The notes: a model not told the origin generated them from the sequence alone. Counted from the first letter of the stretch, positions 20,555-29,625 are shown. The stretch: DNA of 64,000 nucleotides from a virus (IMGVR_UViG_3300038393_003162:20407-84406); one strand, 5' to 3'. A program made the numbers and translations.

Positions 20555-20761
20555 GGGTCTCGCTCCTGATCGTGGAAAATTTCGACGCATTTCGGCAAAG
20601 GGTACATCCGGTTTTTGCCTGCGTCAAGACCAATCTGAAATAAACGATTGGTCTCATGTTCAACCAACTAACTAATTACACGATCAAATAACCAACTCTT
20701 TATACACATGTCCACACACATACACAAAATATAATGTGATCGCAGGCATACACAAAATAAT

Positions 20762-21589
20762 TCAGATACCAGCGATCTTCCTATACTTCTCCAGGACATC
20801 GCTGCGATCCAGGAACGGTCGCTGGGTGAAGTAGGCGAAATGACTGACGAGGGCATTCCCCGCGATCATCACCGGTCTCTTGGTCTCCGTCGGTCTCGTC
20901 ACCGTCAACCACTCCTCTTCCTCTGCTTCCACCTTCCCATCAAACGCCTGGAAGTCCTCACCCATGAACGCGAAGCAATTGATGCTGAACCTCTGGATCG
21001 GGTCCAGATGCCAATAAGGAAACGAATACTTATAAACTTCCTTCTTCTCATGATAGTCGAAGAATATCTCATGGACCGTCTTCGCGAACTCGCCGCTCGC
21101 CCACCCCAGAGAATCCAGGCAATGATGCGTCACGATCCCCTTCTCCCTCGTGACCACTCCCATCCTCTGATGGATATGCGTACAAATCGCATTGTTGACG
21201 ATATTCGCACAGACCAAAAACGGCTCGCGGTTGCCCAGCCTCGCGTTACAGAGGGCAGGGATCGCCGTGGGATGAACATACACGATATCGTCATCGAACC
21301 TCACATAGACCGTATTCTTCTTTGTACAATTCTTGAAGAACTGGAAGATCGAATACGCCTGGAAGTCCTCGTTCACCGGCTCGGTCGGATATTCGAGCTT
21401 GATGAACTTGGGATGATCCTTGGCTGTCGCTTCCATCCACTTGATATCATCCTGGTCGGTCGTGTTCACCCACAGACGCCACTCGTCTAGAACGCCCTTG
21501 TTGCTGAGCATGTAGGGCAACAGGACTTCAAGGTAGCGTCGGCGTCCTGCCGGTGTCACTGCCACCACCTTGTGATCGCGATATCCCAT
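20762..21589 (-). CDS. Putative glycosyltransferase (GT-A-like)
   Basis: VAVTPAGRRRYL...VYVRFDDDIVYV (DxD motif)...SINCF...SHFAY. Confidence 0.7.
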   Translation of the reverse strand: MGYRDHKVVAVTPAGRRRYLEVLLPYMLSNKGVLDEWRLWVNTTDQDDIKWMEATAKDHPKFIKLEYPTEPVNEDFQAYSIFQFFKNCTKKNTVYVRFDDDIVYVHPTAIPALCNARLGNREPFLVCANIVNNAICTHIHQRMGVVTREKGIVTHHCLDSLGWASGEFAKTVHEIFFDYHEKKEVYKYSFPYWHLDPIQRFSINCFAFMGEDFQAFDGKVEAEEEEWLTVTRPTETKRPVMIAGNALVSHFAYFTQRPFLDRSDVLEKYRKIAGI

Positions 21590-21593
21590 GGTC

Positions 21594-21866
21594 TCAGTCT
21601 CGCTCCCCGATCAGTTCCAAAAGCATCTTGGGATCAACCAACTTCAAGTCGTTGATGAACGTCATCGCCCGGTCATAGCCACCGAGAAGCTCGTAAAGTC
21701 TCTCTGCGACCTCCTTGTACTCACAGTCCAGCCAGCACGGCTCCGGTTCCTGGTCCAATGCCTTGTATTTGAACTCATGAAGATGCTCGGAGATGGTCTC
21801 AATCTCGTTCACTCTCGCCGACAACCCGTTGGGAAATTCCCTGATTTTTTCTTGTTTTTTATCCAT
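21594..21866 (-). CDS. Hypothetical protein
   Basis: 90-aa ORF ending 4 nt before the glycosyltransferase start. Confidence 0.6.
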   Translation of the reverse strand: MDKKQEKIREFPNGLSARVNEIETISEHLHEFKYKALDQEPEPCWLDCEYKEVAERLYELLGGYDRAMTFINDLKLVDPKMLLELIGERD

Positions 21867-21905
21867 AAATTTAAATGAGTAATGTATAGATATTATTGAG
21901 TTGAA

Positions 21906-21941
21906 GTGCTATAAACCTTGAGAATAATCAAGATTCTGCAC
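21906..21941 (-). CRISPR. Solo divergent copy of the array-1 repeat
   Basis: GTGCTATAAACCTTGAGAATAATCAAGATTCTGCAC, 27/36 identical to consensus; changes confined to the stem; 227 nt from the array. Confidence 0.8.
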
Positions 21942-22168
21942 CTGATTTAATCATGTAAACTCTTCACTCGCCTTAGGAAAAGATTACACATGATCATTTT
22001 TGGATATGGTAGTATCTAGACGTGAGGATGTAGTGTATTGCATATACTTGAATACGAGCGAGGCACCCCCACCTACCCTAGAACATCACTTAGACAATCT
22101 TAGCTCGTAGTATGTTGTTGTGTAATCCCCACATACGGTGTACGAAATATTCCTACTTTATGAGCAAT

Positions 22169-22783
22169 GTGCTATGCCTATCGAGAATAATCAATAGGCT
22201 GCACTCTTGAGCAACCGCTTCAAAGGGTTCTTTGGGATGTGCTATGCCTATTGAGAATAATCAGTAGGCTGCACGCAATAACCCTATCAGGATCGTCGCC
22301 AAGAGACTTCGTGCTATGCCTATTGAGAATAATCAATAGGCTGCACCTGTTTCGAAGACGAGTTTGGTGGATGGGTCGCTTGGTGCTATGCCTATTGAGA
22401 ATAATCAGTAGGCTGCACCCCACCAGTAATGTTGGAGGCACCACCATTCAAAGTGTGCTATGCCTATCGAGAATAATCAATAGGCTGCACTAGATCAGGC
22501 GGTTCCATAGATCAGAGTTGATCTCGTGCTATGCCTATCGAGAATAATCAATAGGCTGCACCACCTTGAGGGCTTGGAGATCCTCAAACAGAGCCGTGTG
22601 CTATGCCTATCGAGAATAATCAATAGGCTGCACAGGCGTCCTTTGATCCTAAGTTAGCATGGGAATATGTGCTATGCCTATCGAGAATAATCAATAGGCT
22701 GCACCTGCTGCCGGGCTTATTGTGAGTATGTGAGTAGCGGGCTCCAAGTGCTATGCCTATCGAGAATAATCAATAGGCTGCAC
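22169..22783 (-). CRISPR. CRISPR array 1: 9 x 36-bp repeats, 8 spacers (34-36 nt, one 43 nt)
   Basis: Repeat (minus strand) GTGCAGCCTATTGATTATTCTCGATAGGCATAGCAC at plus starts 22169, 22239, 22311, 22383, 22455, 22526, 22598, 22669, 22748. Confidence 0.98.
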
Positions 22784-22925
22784 TGGGGTTTTCTAACCTA
22801 TTAACCGACAAAGGGTTGCGATTCTACTTTTCAAGCATCTCGTGATGTTGCCTGTTGGGATTTAAAGTATGCCTGTTTACCATGAGATATCATTGCCCTA
22901 AGTCGGTATTGTTTTTGAGTTTAAG
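22784..22925 (-). promoter_or_regulatory. Leader of CRISPR array 1
   Basis: AT-rich segment between the cas12 stop and the first repeat; shares TTTTCAAGCATCT and GCCyTAAGTC..TATT motifs with the array-2 leader. Confidence 0.7.
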
Positions 22926-25695
22926 CCGAATCAAGCATCTCTTGTGGGGTGATATTGCTGGAAGTTGGTGTTTGCCAGAGGGTTAGATGCGATTTATCGT
23001 CATTTGGCTGTTGTTGCTGGGAGGTCCATGATTCCTTAAGTTCCTTTCGCAAGAGTTGATGCTGTTTCCATGGCAACCACTCATCATAGTGTCTATAGAA
23101 CGGGCGTCTATTGGTTCCTTGTGCGTGGCTGGCGTATTCCTTGAGTTTCTTGGCTGTGACTTCCTCTAGTTCTCCTACGAGGTTTTTGCCGAGTTTGAGG
23201 ACGAAGGTGTTGTATCCGAGTCTGGTCATAGCGGCTTTGAATCGTTTGCCCTCTTGATCGGGGACATAGAGGGATCGCGGTTCGATGCCATCCTTGACGA
23301 CGGTTCTCATCCAGATCGAGTTGGCATCCTGATATCTGGTCCAGAATCTTCGTTGAAGGTTCTGTGCGGCATTGAGGTCTGAGTCGACCGTGGTCACATT
23401 GCCTTCCCTCTGGACGTAGAGGATTTCCTTCTCATTCTCGTCCCTGAATCCGTACTCACCGGTCTGGGCATCGATCTGTGAGGAATCCCTCGGGTCGATG
23501 AGTTGGAGAGCGATCCCGTGGGGCGTGAGGAAGTCCACGAGGTAATTCTTGATTTCCCTTGCCGACCAGACTTCGAGCAACTGGTTTTCCTGTTTGGTTC
23601 GTGCGAGCGAGAACTTGAAGTTTTCGAGGTCTTCGATGAGGACGACGTGTGCCTGTTGATAGAGTGCGTAGTGTGCGATAGCGGCGGCGATCTTCTTGAT
23701 TTGGTCCTTCTTGATGTTCCTGAGGGTTCTGAGATGTCTGGAGAAGTGCCTTGGGTCTCTCCGTAGTCCCGGCTGGAGTGGTTCTTGGTCTTTGTATCTC
23801 CATGACTTCATGAGGGAGATGTATTTTTTGTAGACCATGATATACTTGATTGAGTCGGCTGAGACGCCTGTATGCCTGTGGGTATAAGTTCTCAGGTTCC
23901 TGAAATGTCTGGCGATATTGCCGATTGTGCTGTTGAGTTCGTTGAGGAGGTCATAGGGTTGGCTCGTGGGATTGATTCCGGCGAGCTTGAATGCCTTGTC
24001 GTAAGGTTTGAGGTCTTCGTCTTGGTTTTTCTGTAGGTCTTTATAGAGGTAGATGAGTTTCTTAGCGGCGTAGATCTTGTCGTCGAGGTTCTTGATTTGG
24101 TCTACGAATTCTTGGGAGTGGATGGTCCCGATCTTGATTTCCTCGATCTTGGTGGCTTGCCCGAGGTTGGGTACTTGGTAATCGTCTTTTGTGGCTGTGT
24201 GATTGTCTTTGAGTTGATAGGTTGTGAGGGCGAGTGTCGGATTGATGTTGAGGTCGACGGAGATTGCCTTGAGACCTACCTTGATGTCTGGGAGATATTG
24301 GTCAGCTTTCTTGTCATTTGCGGCGGTGTTGAAGTAGGTGATGGTATTCTTAAGAGGCTTGAAGTCGAGGGCTTGGTTGCCTTTCTTGTCGGTCTTGTAG
24401 TTCTCATAGAGTGGGTCATTGAATTTGGTCTGGACATTGAGTGGGAGCGAGAGGTAGACTTGCCCGAGGTATCCGTTGGCGAAGTTGGTTGGATCGATGG
24501 TCCTGAGCAGTTGGTTATTGAATCTGAGATAGGGTTCTTTAAGGATGGCGGTCGTGGGAGTTTGCCTGAGGTTTCCGGTTTTGTATTGGAACTGGAAGTT
24601 CTTAGTTCCCTTGATCGGTTGGATTTCGAGGTCGATGAAGTATCTTGATGGCAGGAGTTCGAGGGTATGGGACTTGAGTTGGGTGATATTCCTATGGTCT
24701 AGAAGTTCGAGGGTTGCGTAGAGTTTGCTATTGGTTTGCTTGATGGAGAATCCGAGGTAATTTTCCCCGAAGTGAGCGTCTTGGGGGAGATTGTGCGTGT
24801 GGGGGGTTGGGACGCTGGCGTTTTGCTTTGCGTCTTCGTTGAGATATCTGACGGCTTCATCTCTTTCAGTGAAGAGGGCGATGAAGTCGATTTCCTGGAG
24901 GTTGAGCCAGAGGTCTTGATATTGGTCTTGAAGTAGGTTGTAGGGTGTTTGGTTGGGGGCTTGCCCTTTGATGAGTTTCTGCCTGGTTTTTTGCCATCGT
25001 GCGAGGAATTTGGCATTTGCCTTGAACTTGGGGTCTTGTTCGGCTTGCTGCTTCCATTCCTGGTAGAGATTCTCTTGGGTGGGGAATTGATTGGCGTGGT
25101 CGACGATCTTCTGTGTGTCTTCTTTTAGGGCTTGATACTCTTTCTGGGTATTTTCATCGTTGGCTCGCCAGTTGCGGAAGAGTGCGATTGCGGCGCAATA
25201 TGCGGACTTGTGTAACTTGAAGGGGAGTTGCTTGGTGTTATTGGTGTTAGTCAGTGGGAAGATATTTTCATCCCAGAGTTTTCTCAATGCCTTGAGTGGG
25301 GGCGAGGCGTTTTCTTTGCCGCCCGATTCGATGAGGCTGCCGTTTTCCTTGAATCTCCTTGCGAGCATTGCCTGGTAATAGAATGGATTTGGGTCTTTTT
25401 GGATACCATCGATGAGTTGGTCGAAGAGTGGGAATGCCTGGTCGGGGTCCATGTGCTTGGCGTAGTTGGTTCTCTTCTGGTCGAGTAGTTCTTGGGAGAC
25501 TTGCTCGCCTTTGGTGGTGGTATAAGGCTGGTTGTTAAGGGTCATGAAGAGGTCAAAGAGTTGTGCAACCAGATCATTGTGGCAGATGTGTGTCGCGGCG
25601 ATATCCTTCCGGACCTCGTCGGGGATGAATCGGAACCTGAGGTTGGTACTCTTGAGGCACGCGGGCTTGAGGCTGTTGTCTTTATCGTTTGCCAT
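22921..25695 (-). CDS. cas12: Type V CRISPR effector, compact Cas12b-clade (V-B/V-H-like), 924 aa
   Basis: RuvC-I GLKAISVDLN, RuvC-II VVLIEDL, RuvC-III DSDLNAAQNLQRRFW; also ENQLLEVWSAREI and SSQIDAQTG resembling Cas12b; adjacent to array 1. Confidence 0.92.
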   Translation of the reverse strand: MANDKDNSLKPACLKSTNLRFRFIPDEVRKDIAATHICHNDLVAQLFDLFMTLNNQPYTTTKGEQVSQELLDQKRTNYAKHMDPDQAFPLFDQLIDGIQKDPNPFYYQAMLARRFKENGSLIESGGKENASPPLKALRKLWDENIFPLTNTNNTKQLPFKLHKSAYCAAIALFRNWRANDENTQKEYQALKEDTQKIVDHANQFPTQENLYQEWKQQAEQDPKFKANAKFLARWQKTRQKLIKGQAPNQTPYNLLQDQYQDLWLNLQEIDFIALFTERDEAVRYLNEDAKQNASVPTPHTHNLPQDAHFGENYLGFSIKQTNSKLYATLELLDHRNITQLKSHTLELLPSRYFIDLEIQPIKGTKNFQFQYKTGNLRQTPTTAILKEPYLRFNNQLLRTIDPTNFANGYLGQVYLSLPLNVQTKFNDPLYENYKTDKKGNQALDFKPLKNTITYFNTAANDKKADQYLPDIKVGLKAISVDLNINPTLALTTYQLKDNHTATKDDYQVPNLGQATKIEEIKIGTIHSQEFVDQIKNLDDKIYAAKKLIYLYKDLQKNQDEDLKPYDKAFKLAGINPTSQPYDLLNELNSTIGNIARHFRNLRTYTHRHTGVSADSIKYIMVYKKYISLMKSWRYKDQEPLQPGLRRDPRHFSRHLRTLRNIKKDQIKKIAAAIAHYALYQQAHVVLIEDLENFKFSLARTKQENQLLEVWSAREIKNYLVDFLTPHGIALQLIDPRDSSQIDAQTGEYGFRDENEKEILYVQREGNVTTVDSDLNAAQNLQRRFWTRYQDANSIWMRTVVKDGIEPRSLYVPDQEGKRFKAAMTRLGYNTFVLKLGKNLVGELEEVTAKKLKEYASHAQGTNRRPFYRHYDEWLPWKQHQLLRKELKESWTSQQQQPNDDKSHLTLWQTPTSSNITPQEMLDSA

Positions 25696-25787
25696 GGTTG
25701 GTTGATTTCTGTTATGTGGTTAGTTTTGTGCGACTGATTATACGTTGTGTGCTGTAGACCTCAGGTATAATTGAGTCTTGCATGATT

Positions 25788-25829
25788 CATGACTTGGGGA
25801 GACATTTATTTCAGCCTCCCCAAGTCATG
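25788..25829. terminator. 14-bp perfect inverted repeat upstream of cas12 (terminator or operator)
   Basis: CATGACTTGGGGAG / CTCCCCAAGTCATG. Confidence 0.5.
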
Positions 25830-25950
25830 GTTTAATTCTAGCATAAGTCTTATTTGGTGTCTAGGTCAATTGTTGTTGTTTTAGGGTCTAAAACTCGATC
25901 AGAGTCTCTTGTCGGCGATCTCGATAGTGTTCGCCGACGAGATTGCGGCT

Positions 25951-26157
25951 TTAGTTGTACAGGATGTATAGGTCTTCGAGCGTCTGCACTCCCACCTGGT
26001 AGAGCATCTTATAGATTGAGTATTCGAGGAGTTCGTATCCTTCGCTAGGGAGATAGTCCTTGGTGCTATGGAGTATGCCTTGGTATTGGTCGACGATTGC
26101 CTTGAATGCTGGGATGTTCTTGAGTTGTTCTAATTCATGTTCTTGTGCTTCTGTCAC
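25951..26157 (-). CDS. Small hypothetical protein
   Basis: 68-aa ORF with AAGGA RBS. Confidence 0.55.
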   Translation of the reverse strand: MTEAQEHELEQLKNIPAFKAIVDQYQGILHSTKDYLPSEGYELLEYSIYKMLYQVGVQTLEDLYILYN

Positions 26158-26402
26158 AGGACATATCCTTCCGTAAGTGACTTATTGATTTTTCTTTGGA
26201 TTTCCTGACAGTCGTCCTTCACCTGTTTGGTCATGTGGCTGACGACGGCTTGTTCGTAGGCGTTGAACGCGGCATCGATTAGGGCTTCATCGTCTTTCCT
26301 CCATAAACGCCCTCTACGAGACTTCTATCATGGGTACGGGGGATTCGTCGTTTTACCTGTCCGGATCGCGTCACGGGGCTTCTGGGAGCCTTCCTGGGCA
26401 TC

Positions 26403-26954
26403 CTAGCCTGGGGCATTGGGTTCGGAGATCATTTCGTTTTTCCTTCTGAAGTTTTGGATATAGGATTTGAGGTTTTGGAGTTGGGTTTGTTGTTGTTCAT
26501 TTTGTTGTTTATTTGGGATGAGTAAGTCGTATGAATCCTGTGCGAGTTTTATCATTATTTTCATGTTTGTTGTGTCATTGGCTGTGAATTGTAATTGGTG
26601 CAGTTGGACTTTGGTTCTATAGTGGATTTGGTTGTCGTTCTTGGTTTCCCAGATATAGAGTCTAGGTTTTAGGGTTGAGGAGGTGGTAATGACGAAGTGG
26701 AGAGAGTGGTCTGTGTGATTTGGATGTTTGGTCTGATAGTGTTTCGCGGGTTCCCAAGAGGTCTTGATATTTTCGTTGATTTTTTTGAGGGAGTCATTGA
26801 TGTGTTCTTTTCTGTCGATTTCCACGAGGTGTTTATTTTTCATGGTATAGACGGCGTCGATTGTGGAGATATAGGTTGTATTTTCTTGTTGATTCTGCTT
26901 GATGAAGGCGAGGTCCCAGCGGGCGAGATTCTTGGGGATAGTGGTATACATCAA
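26403..26954 (-). CDS. C-terminal-motif family protein 1 (close paralog of 26951-27493)
   Basis: HYQTKHPNHTDHSLHF; ends QTQLQNLKSYIQNFRRK. Confidence 0.75.
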   Translation of the reverse strand: MMYTTIPKNLARWDLAFIKQNQQENTTYISTIDAVYTMKNKHLVEIDRKEHINDSLKKINENIKTSWEPAKHYQTKHPNHTDHSLHFVITTSSTLKPRLYIWETKNDNQIHYRTKVQLHQLQFTANDTTNMKIMIKLAQDSYDLLIPNKQQNEQQQTQLQNLKSYIQNFRRKNEMISEPNAPG

Positions 26955-27493
26955 TATTTCCTTCTGAAGTCATGGACCTGGGATTTGAGGTTTTGGAGTT
27001 GGGTTTGTTGTTTGAGGTCTTGTGGATTCTGGGTGATTTCGGTCTGTTGTGTTTCTTTGGTCTTGCAGGATTGTGCGGTTCTTCTTTGGACATCTTTGAG
27101 TGCGGCTGGGACATTATCGGAGTAGGTATAGGTTCTGAATGGGCGTTTGAGGTCTTTGTAGGTGAAGTGTTGCGCGTGGTTGTATTGGAACGGGACATCG
27201 AGTACGTAGAGTTTGAGTGTATGGCTGTGTGGTGTGGCGAAGAAGTGGAGTGAGTGGTCTGGGTGATTTGGGTTTGTGGTCTGATAGTGCCTGATAGTTT
27301 CCCAGAGGAGTGTGCTTTCTATTTTTTTGTGGTCGATTTGGTCGAAGAGGGTGCAGGCGTAGCTGCCCTTGTCGGCTTTTTCGAGGTGATGGTGTTGGAG
27401 TGTGAAGATGATGGAGTCGTAGGTGATGTAGGTAATTTCTTCGATTTGGATTTTGTAGGCATAATCCCAATTTTGGATTTCGGGTACATTCAT
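26951..27493 (-). CDS. C-terminal-motif family protein 2
   Basis: HYQTTNPNHPDHSLHF; ends QTQLQNLKSQVHDFRRKY. Confidence 0.75.
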   Translation of the reverse strand: MNVPEIQNWDYAYKIQIEEITYITYDSIIFTLQHHHLEKADKGSYACTLFDQIDHKKIESTLLWETIRHYQTTNPNHPDHSLHFFATPHSHTLKLYVLDVPFQYNHAQHFTYKDLKRPFRTYTYSDNVPAALKDVQRRTAQSCKTKETQQTEITQNPQDLKQQTQLQNLKSQVHDFRRKY

Positions 27494-27538
27494 TCGATTA
27501 TTTTCTCCGGTAGCGTGTATCATGTATTTTGTTCCGAC

Positions 27539-28063
27539 TCATTCGATTTGCATCGAGTTGCTTTGCCTGAAGGTTTGGATTGCCTTGAGGGTTTCTTGTT
27601 TGTATTGGTCTTGATTGTGCTTATGTTTATGCTTGGTTGGTTCGAGGGAATCGAAGGCTTGCTTGAATGCGTAGTAGGCGTTGGGGATCGAGAATCTTTC
27701 GTAGGTTCCGATGACCTGGGTGGCGGCGAGGTTGTTTGGGTCGAATCGTCTTGAGATGAGTGTGGGGTTATCCCGCTGGGGCTTGTAGAGGAGATAGGCG
27801 AGGATTTGCCCGTTCTCGATGGTGGGGTGCGGGAGTTCGATTGCCTGGATACTGTCGATGTTATTGGGCGACGGCTTGTAATAGTTGACGAGGTCGTTAT
27901 AGGCTTGGTGCCTGTCGTAACTGGCGTGGAGGGTTTTGATTTGGTCGATATTGTTCATAAAGGGATTGACGGTGTAGAGGTATTTGTCGGTGATGATGAA
28001 GGTGCTGCCGGGGGTGACGATGAAATAGGCTTGGGTCCAGTTGTAGAGTGGTGGGACGGGCAT
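27539..28063 (-). CDS. C-terminal-motif family protein 3
   Basis: Start MPVPPLYNW; ends YKQETLKAIQTFRQ. Confidence 0.75.
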   Translation of the reverse strand: MPVPPLYNWTQAYFIVTPGSTFIITDKYLYTVNPFMNNIDQIKTLHASYDRHQAYNDLVNYYKPSPNNIDSIQAIELPHPTIENGQILAYLLYKPQRDNPTLISRRFDPNNLAATQVIGTYERFSIPNAYYAFKQAFDSLEPTKHKHKHNQDQYKQETLKAIQTFRQSNSMQIE

Positions 28064-28073
28064 TGTGTTGGTC

Positions 28074-28568
28074 CTAGTAATTGGTTCGGAAGTGGTTGAT
28101 TGCTTTCTTGAGGTCTTGTTTGCGTTGGATCTGGGTGTTTGTGGTGTCATCTTGCGGCGGCTTACCTATGAGGCTGTCGTATATCTTCTGGGCGGTGGCG
28201 ACGACTTGGTCCTTTTGGAGTTTGATCTGGATATGGGCTTGTTGTTGGTCGGTCTCGTAGGGTGAGAAGTGATAGAGTGCGAAGTAGCTGGAGATATTGA
28301 TGTCGGGGATGGCGACGAAGAGTCTCGGCTTCGAGGCGAATAGCCTGTGATATTTTGCCGGTTTCCAGTCGAGCTTACCTTCTTTCAGGTCGATTTCCTG
28401 CTTGATTCGAAGGTACGAGAAGTTATAGACTGTGTTTTGGGTGATGGCACCCGAGAACCGGTCGATGCAGAATACTCTGGTGGTGGTGACGATGTATCGT
28501 TTATCGGGGGTGTAAGCGGTCTGGGCATCGATCCATTGGTCTAGCTCAGGAAAATTTTTGCGTGGCAT
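28074..28568 (-). CDS. C-terminal-motif family protein 4
   Basis: Ends RKQDLKKAINHFRTNY. Confidence 0.75.
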   Translation of the reverse strand: MPRKNFPELDQWIDAQTAYTPDKRYIVTTTRVFCIDRFSGAITQNTVYNFSYLRIKQEIDLKEGKLDWKPAKYHRLFASKPRLFVAIPDINISSYFALYHFSPYETDQQQAHIQIKLQKDQVVATAQKIYDSLIGKPPQDDTTNTQIQRKQDLKKAINHFRTNY

Positions 28569-28620
28569 TTTCGTCGATCCTGTTAGTTGACGAGTCCGCG
28601 TGGGTTTAGTTTATTTGGTC

Positions 28621-29130
28621 TCAGGGGTTTAGGGTCCGGAAATTGTCGATAATATTCCTGAGGGATTTCCTGTTGGTTTCCTTGAATTGGGCGACTTCCT
28701 CTGGCTCTTGGGCTGGGGGATAGAATTGGTCGAAGAATTCCTGGAGGAGTCTATGGTCGCGAGAGAGTGATCCAGCGGCGAATTCGAACCGGTTGGTTGG
28801 TCCTAGGTGGTTGGGTTTACTCCTCGTGAAGACGCGGACGACGTTCGTGTAGGTTTGCTCATTGTAAGTGAGGAGGAGTTGGAGGTAGTTCTCCGGTTCG
28901 TCGGGGTGAGGGAACCCCAAGTGGCGGAAGTAGAATGTCTTGGTGTTCACGGTTGCGTCCCTGATCGCCTGGAACTTCTGGGTCCTGGATTTGTGGGGGA
29001 CTGCCGTGAACACCTGGTCTTTGTTATTAGTGAGTATATATGCATATTCTTCGGTGACGAAATAGGTGTAAAGATCGGTTTGGATGGCTTTGGCGATGAG
29101 CCACTGGCTGAAGGGCGGTATGACGGGCAT
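28621..29130 (-). CDS. C-terminal-motif family protein 5
   Basis: Ends NRKSLRNIIDNFRTLNP. Confidence 0.75.
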   Translation of the reverse strand: MPVIPPFSQWLIAKAIQTDLYTYFVTEEYAYILTNNKDQVFTAVPHKSRTQKFQAIRDATVNTKTFYFRHLGFPHPDEPENYLQLLLTYNEQTYTNVVRVFTRSKPNHLGPTNRFEFAAGSLSRDHRLLQEFFDQFYPPAQEPEEVAQFKETNRKSLRNIIDNFRTLNP

Positions 29131-29139
29131 TTTTAGTCC

Positions 29140-29625
29140 TTAAAAATTGGCTTCCCGGAAGTGTTTTGCTGCGCGGATGACATCCTGCCGGAACTGTCGT
29201 TGTTGGTCGGTGTTCATTTTAACATTTATGGGTTTTTTGTCAAGGAATCTCCGGAGGATCTCGTTAGCTTTGGGGATGATTTCGGGTCCTTTGAGGCTGG
29301 CGACGATTTTGGCATAAACATCAGGCTTATTCGGGTCGAAGTGGTAGAGGAAGGTTCCCAGGAACGTGGTGGTTGGAATGAGTATGAAATGGAGTTGGTC
29401 GTTTTGGTCATTGATGTAGGCTTCGGTCCAGAGGAGGTTTTGGTGGACGGAGGTCTCGATGGCTTGGATCGTATTCAGCACGTGGTAGATGGGCTGGTCG
29501 TAGATGATCCGATTGGTATTGCGGTTGGTCTGGATGAGTCGATTGTCGGTGACGACGTACCTTGTGTCGATGGTATGAGCGGTTTTGGCTTTGGTCCATT
29601 GGTCGAGTCCGGAAATCTCTGGCAT
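29140..29625 (-). CDS. C-terminal-motif family protein 6
   Basis: Ends FRQDVIRAAKHFREANF. Confidence 0.75.
   Translation of the reverse strand: MPEISGLDQWTKAKTAHTIDTRYVVTDNRLIQTNRNTNRIIYDQPIYHVLNTIQAIETSVHQNLLWTEAYINDQNDQLHFILIPTTTFLGTFLYHFDPNKPDVYAKIVASLKGPEIIPKANEILRRFLDKKPINVKMNTDQQRQFRQDVIRAAKHFREANF

Larger units (their letters stand above)
561..20620 (-). repeat. Dispersed ~16-bp intergenic motif AACCGGAYRCNCCYT, about 28 co-oriented copies plus one inverted
   Basis: Plus-strand AGG(G/A)NG(T/C/A)(A/G)TCCGG(T/C/G)T near 561, 1201, 2142, 2516, 3187, 3402, 3896, 4748, 5079, 6170, 6859, 7270, 7497, 8740, 10352, 11112, 11518, 12339, 13189, 13693, 15213, 16008, 16381, 17186, 18368, 19844, 20157, 20599; inverted copy at 8801-8820. 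Confidence 0.9.

Noticed and set aside
561-20620. Integron attC interpretation of the repeated intergenic motif
   Set aside because: No RYYYAAC/GTTRRRY boxes in the expected arrangement and no integrase in the window.
25758-25780. Partial match (12/14 nt) between the solo-repeat 'spacer' and the region upstream of cas12, suggesting autoregulation
   Set aside because: The first four spacer bases (the Cas12 seed side) mismatch and the sequence is AT-rich, so chance cannot be excluded.
25696-25950. Possible tracrRNA anti-repeat (GTGCTGTAG) upstream of cas12
   Set aside because: Only about 5-7 nt of complementarity to the repeat; too short to support.
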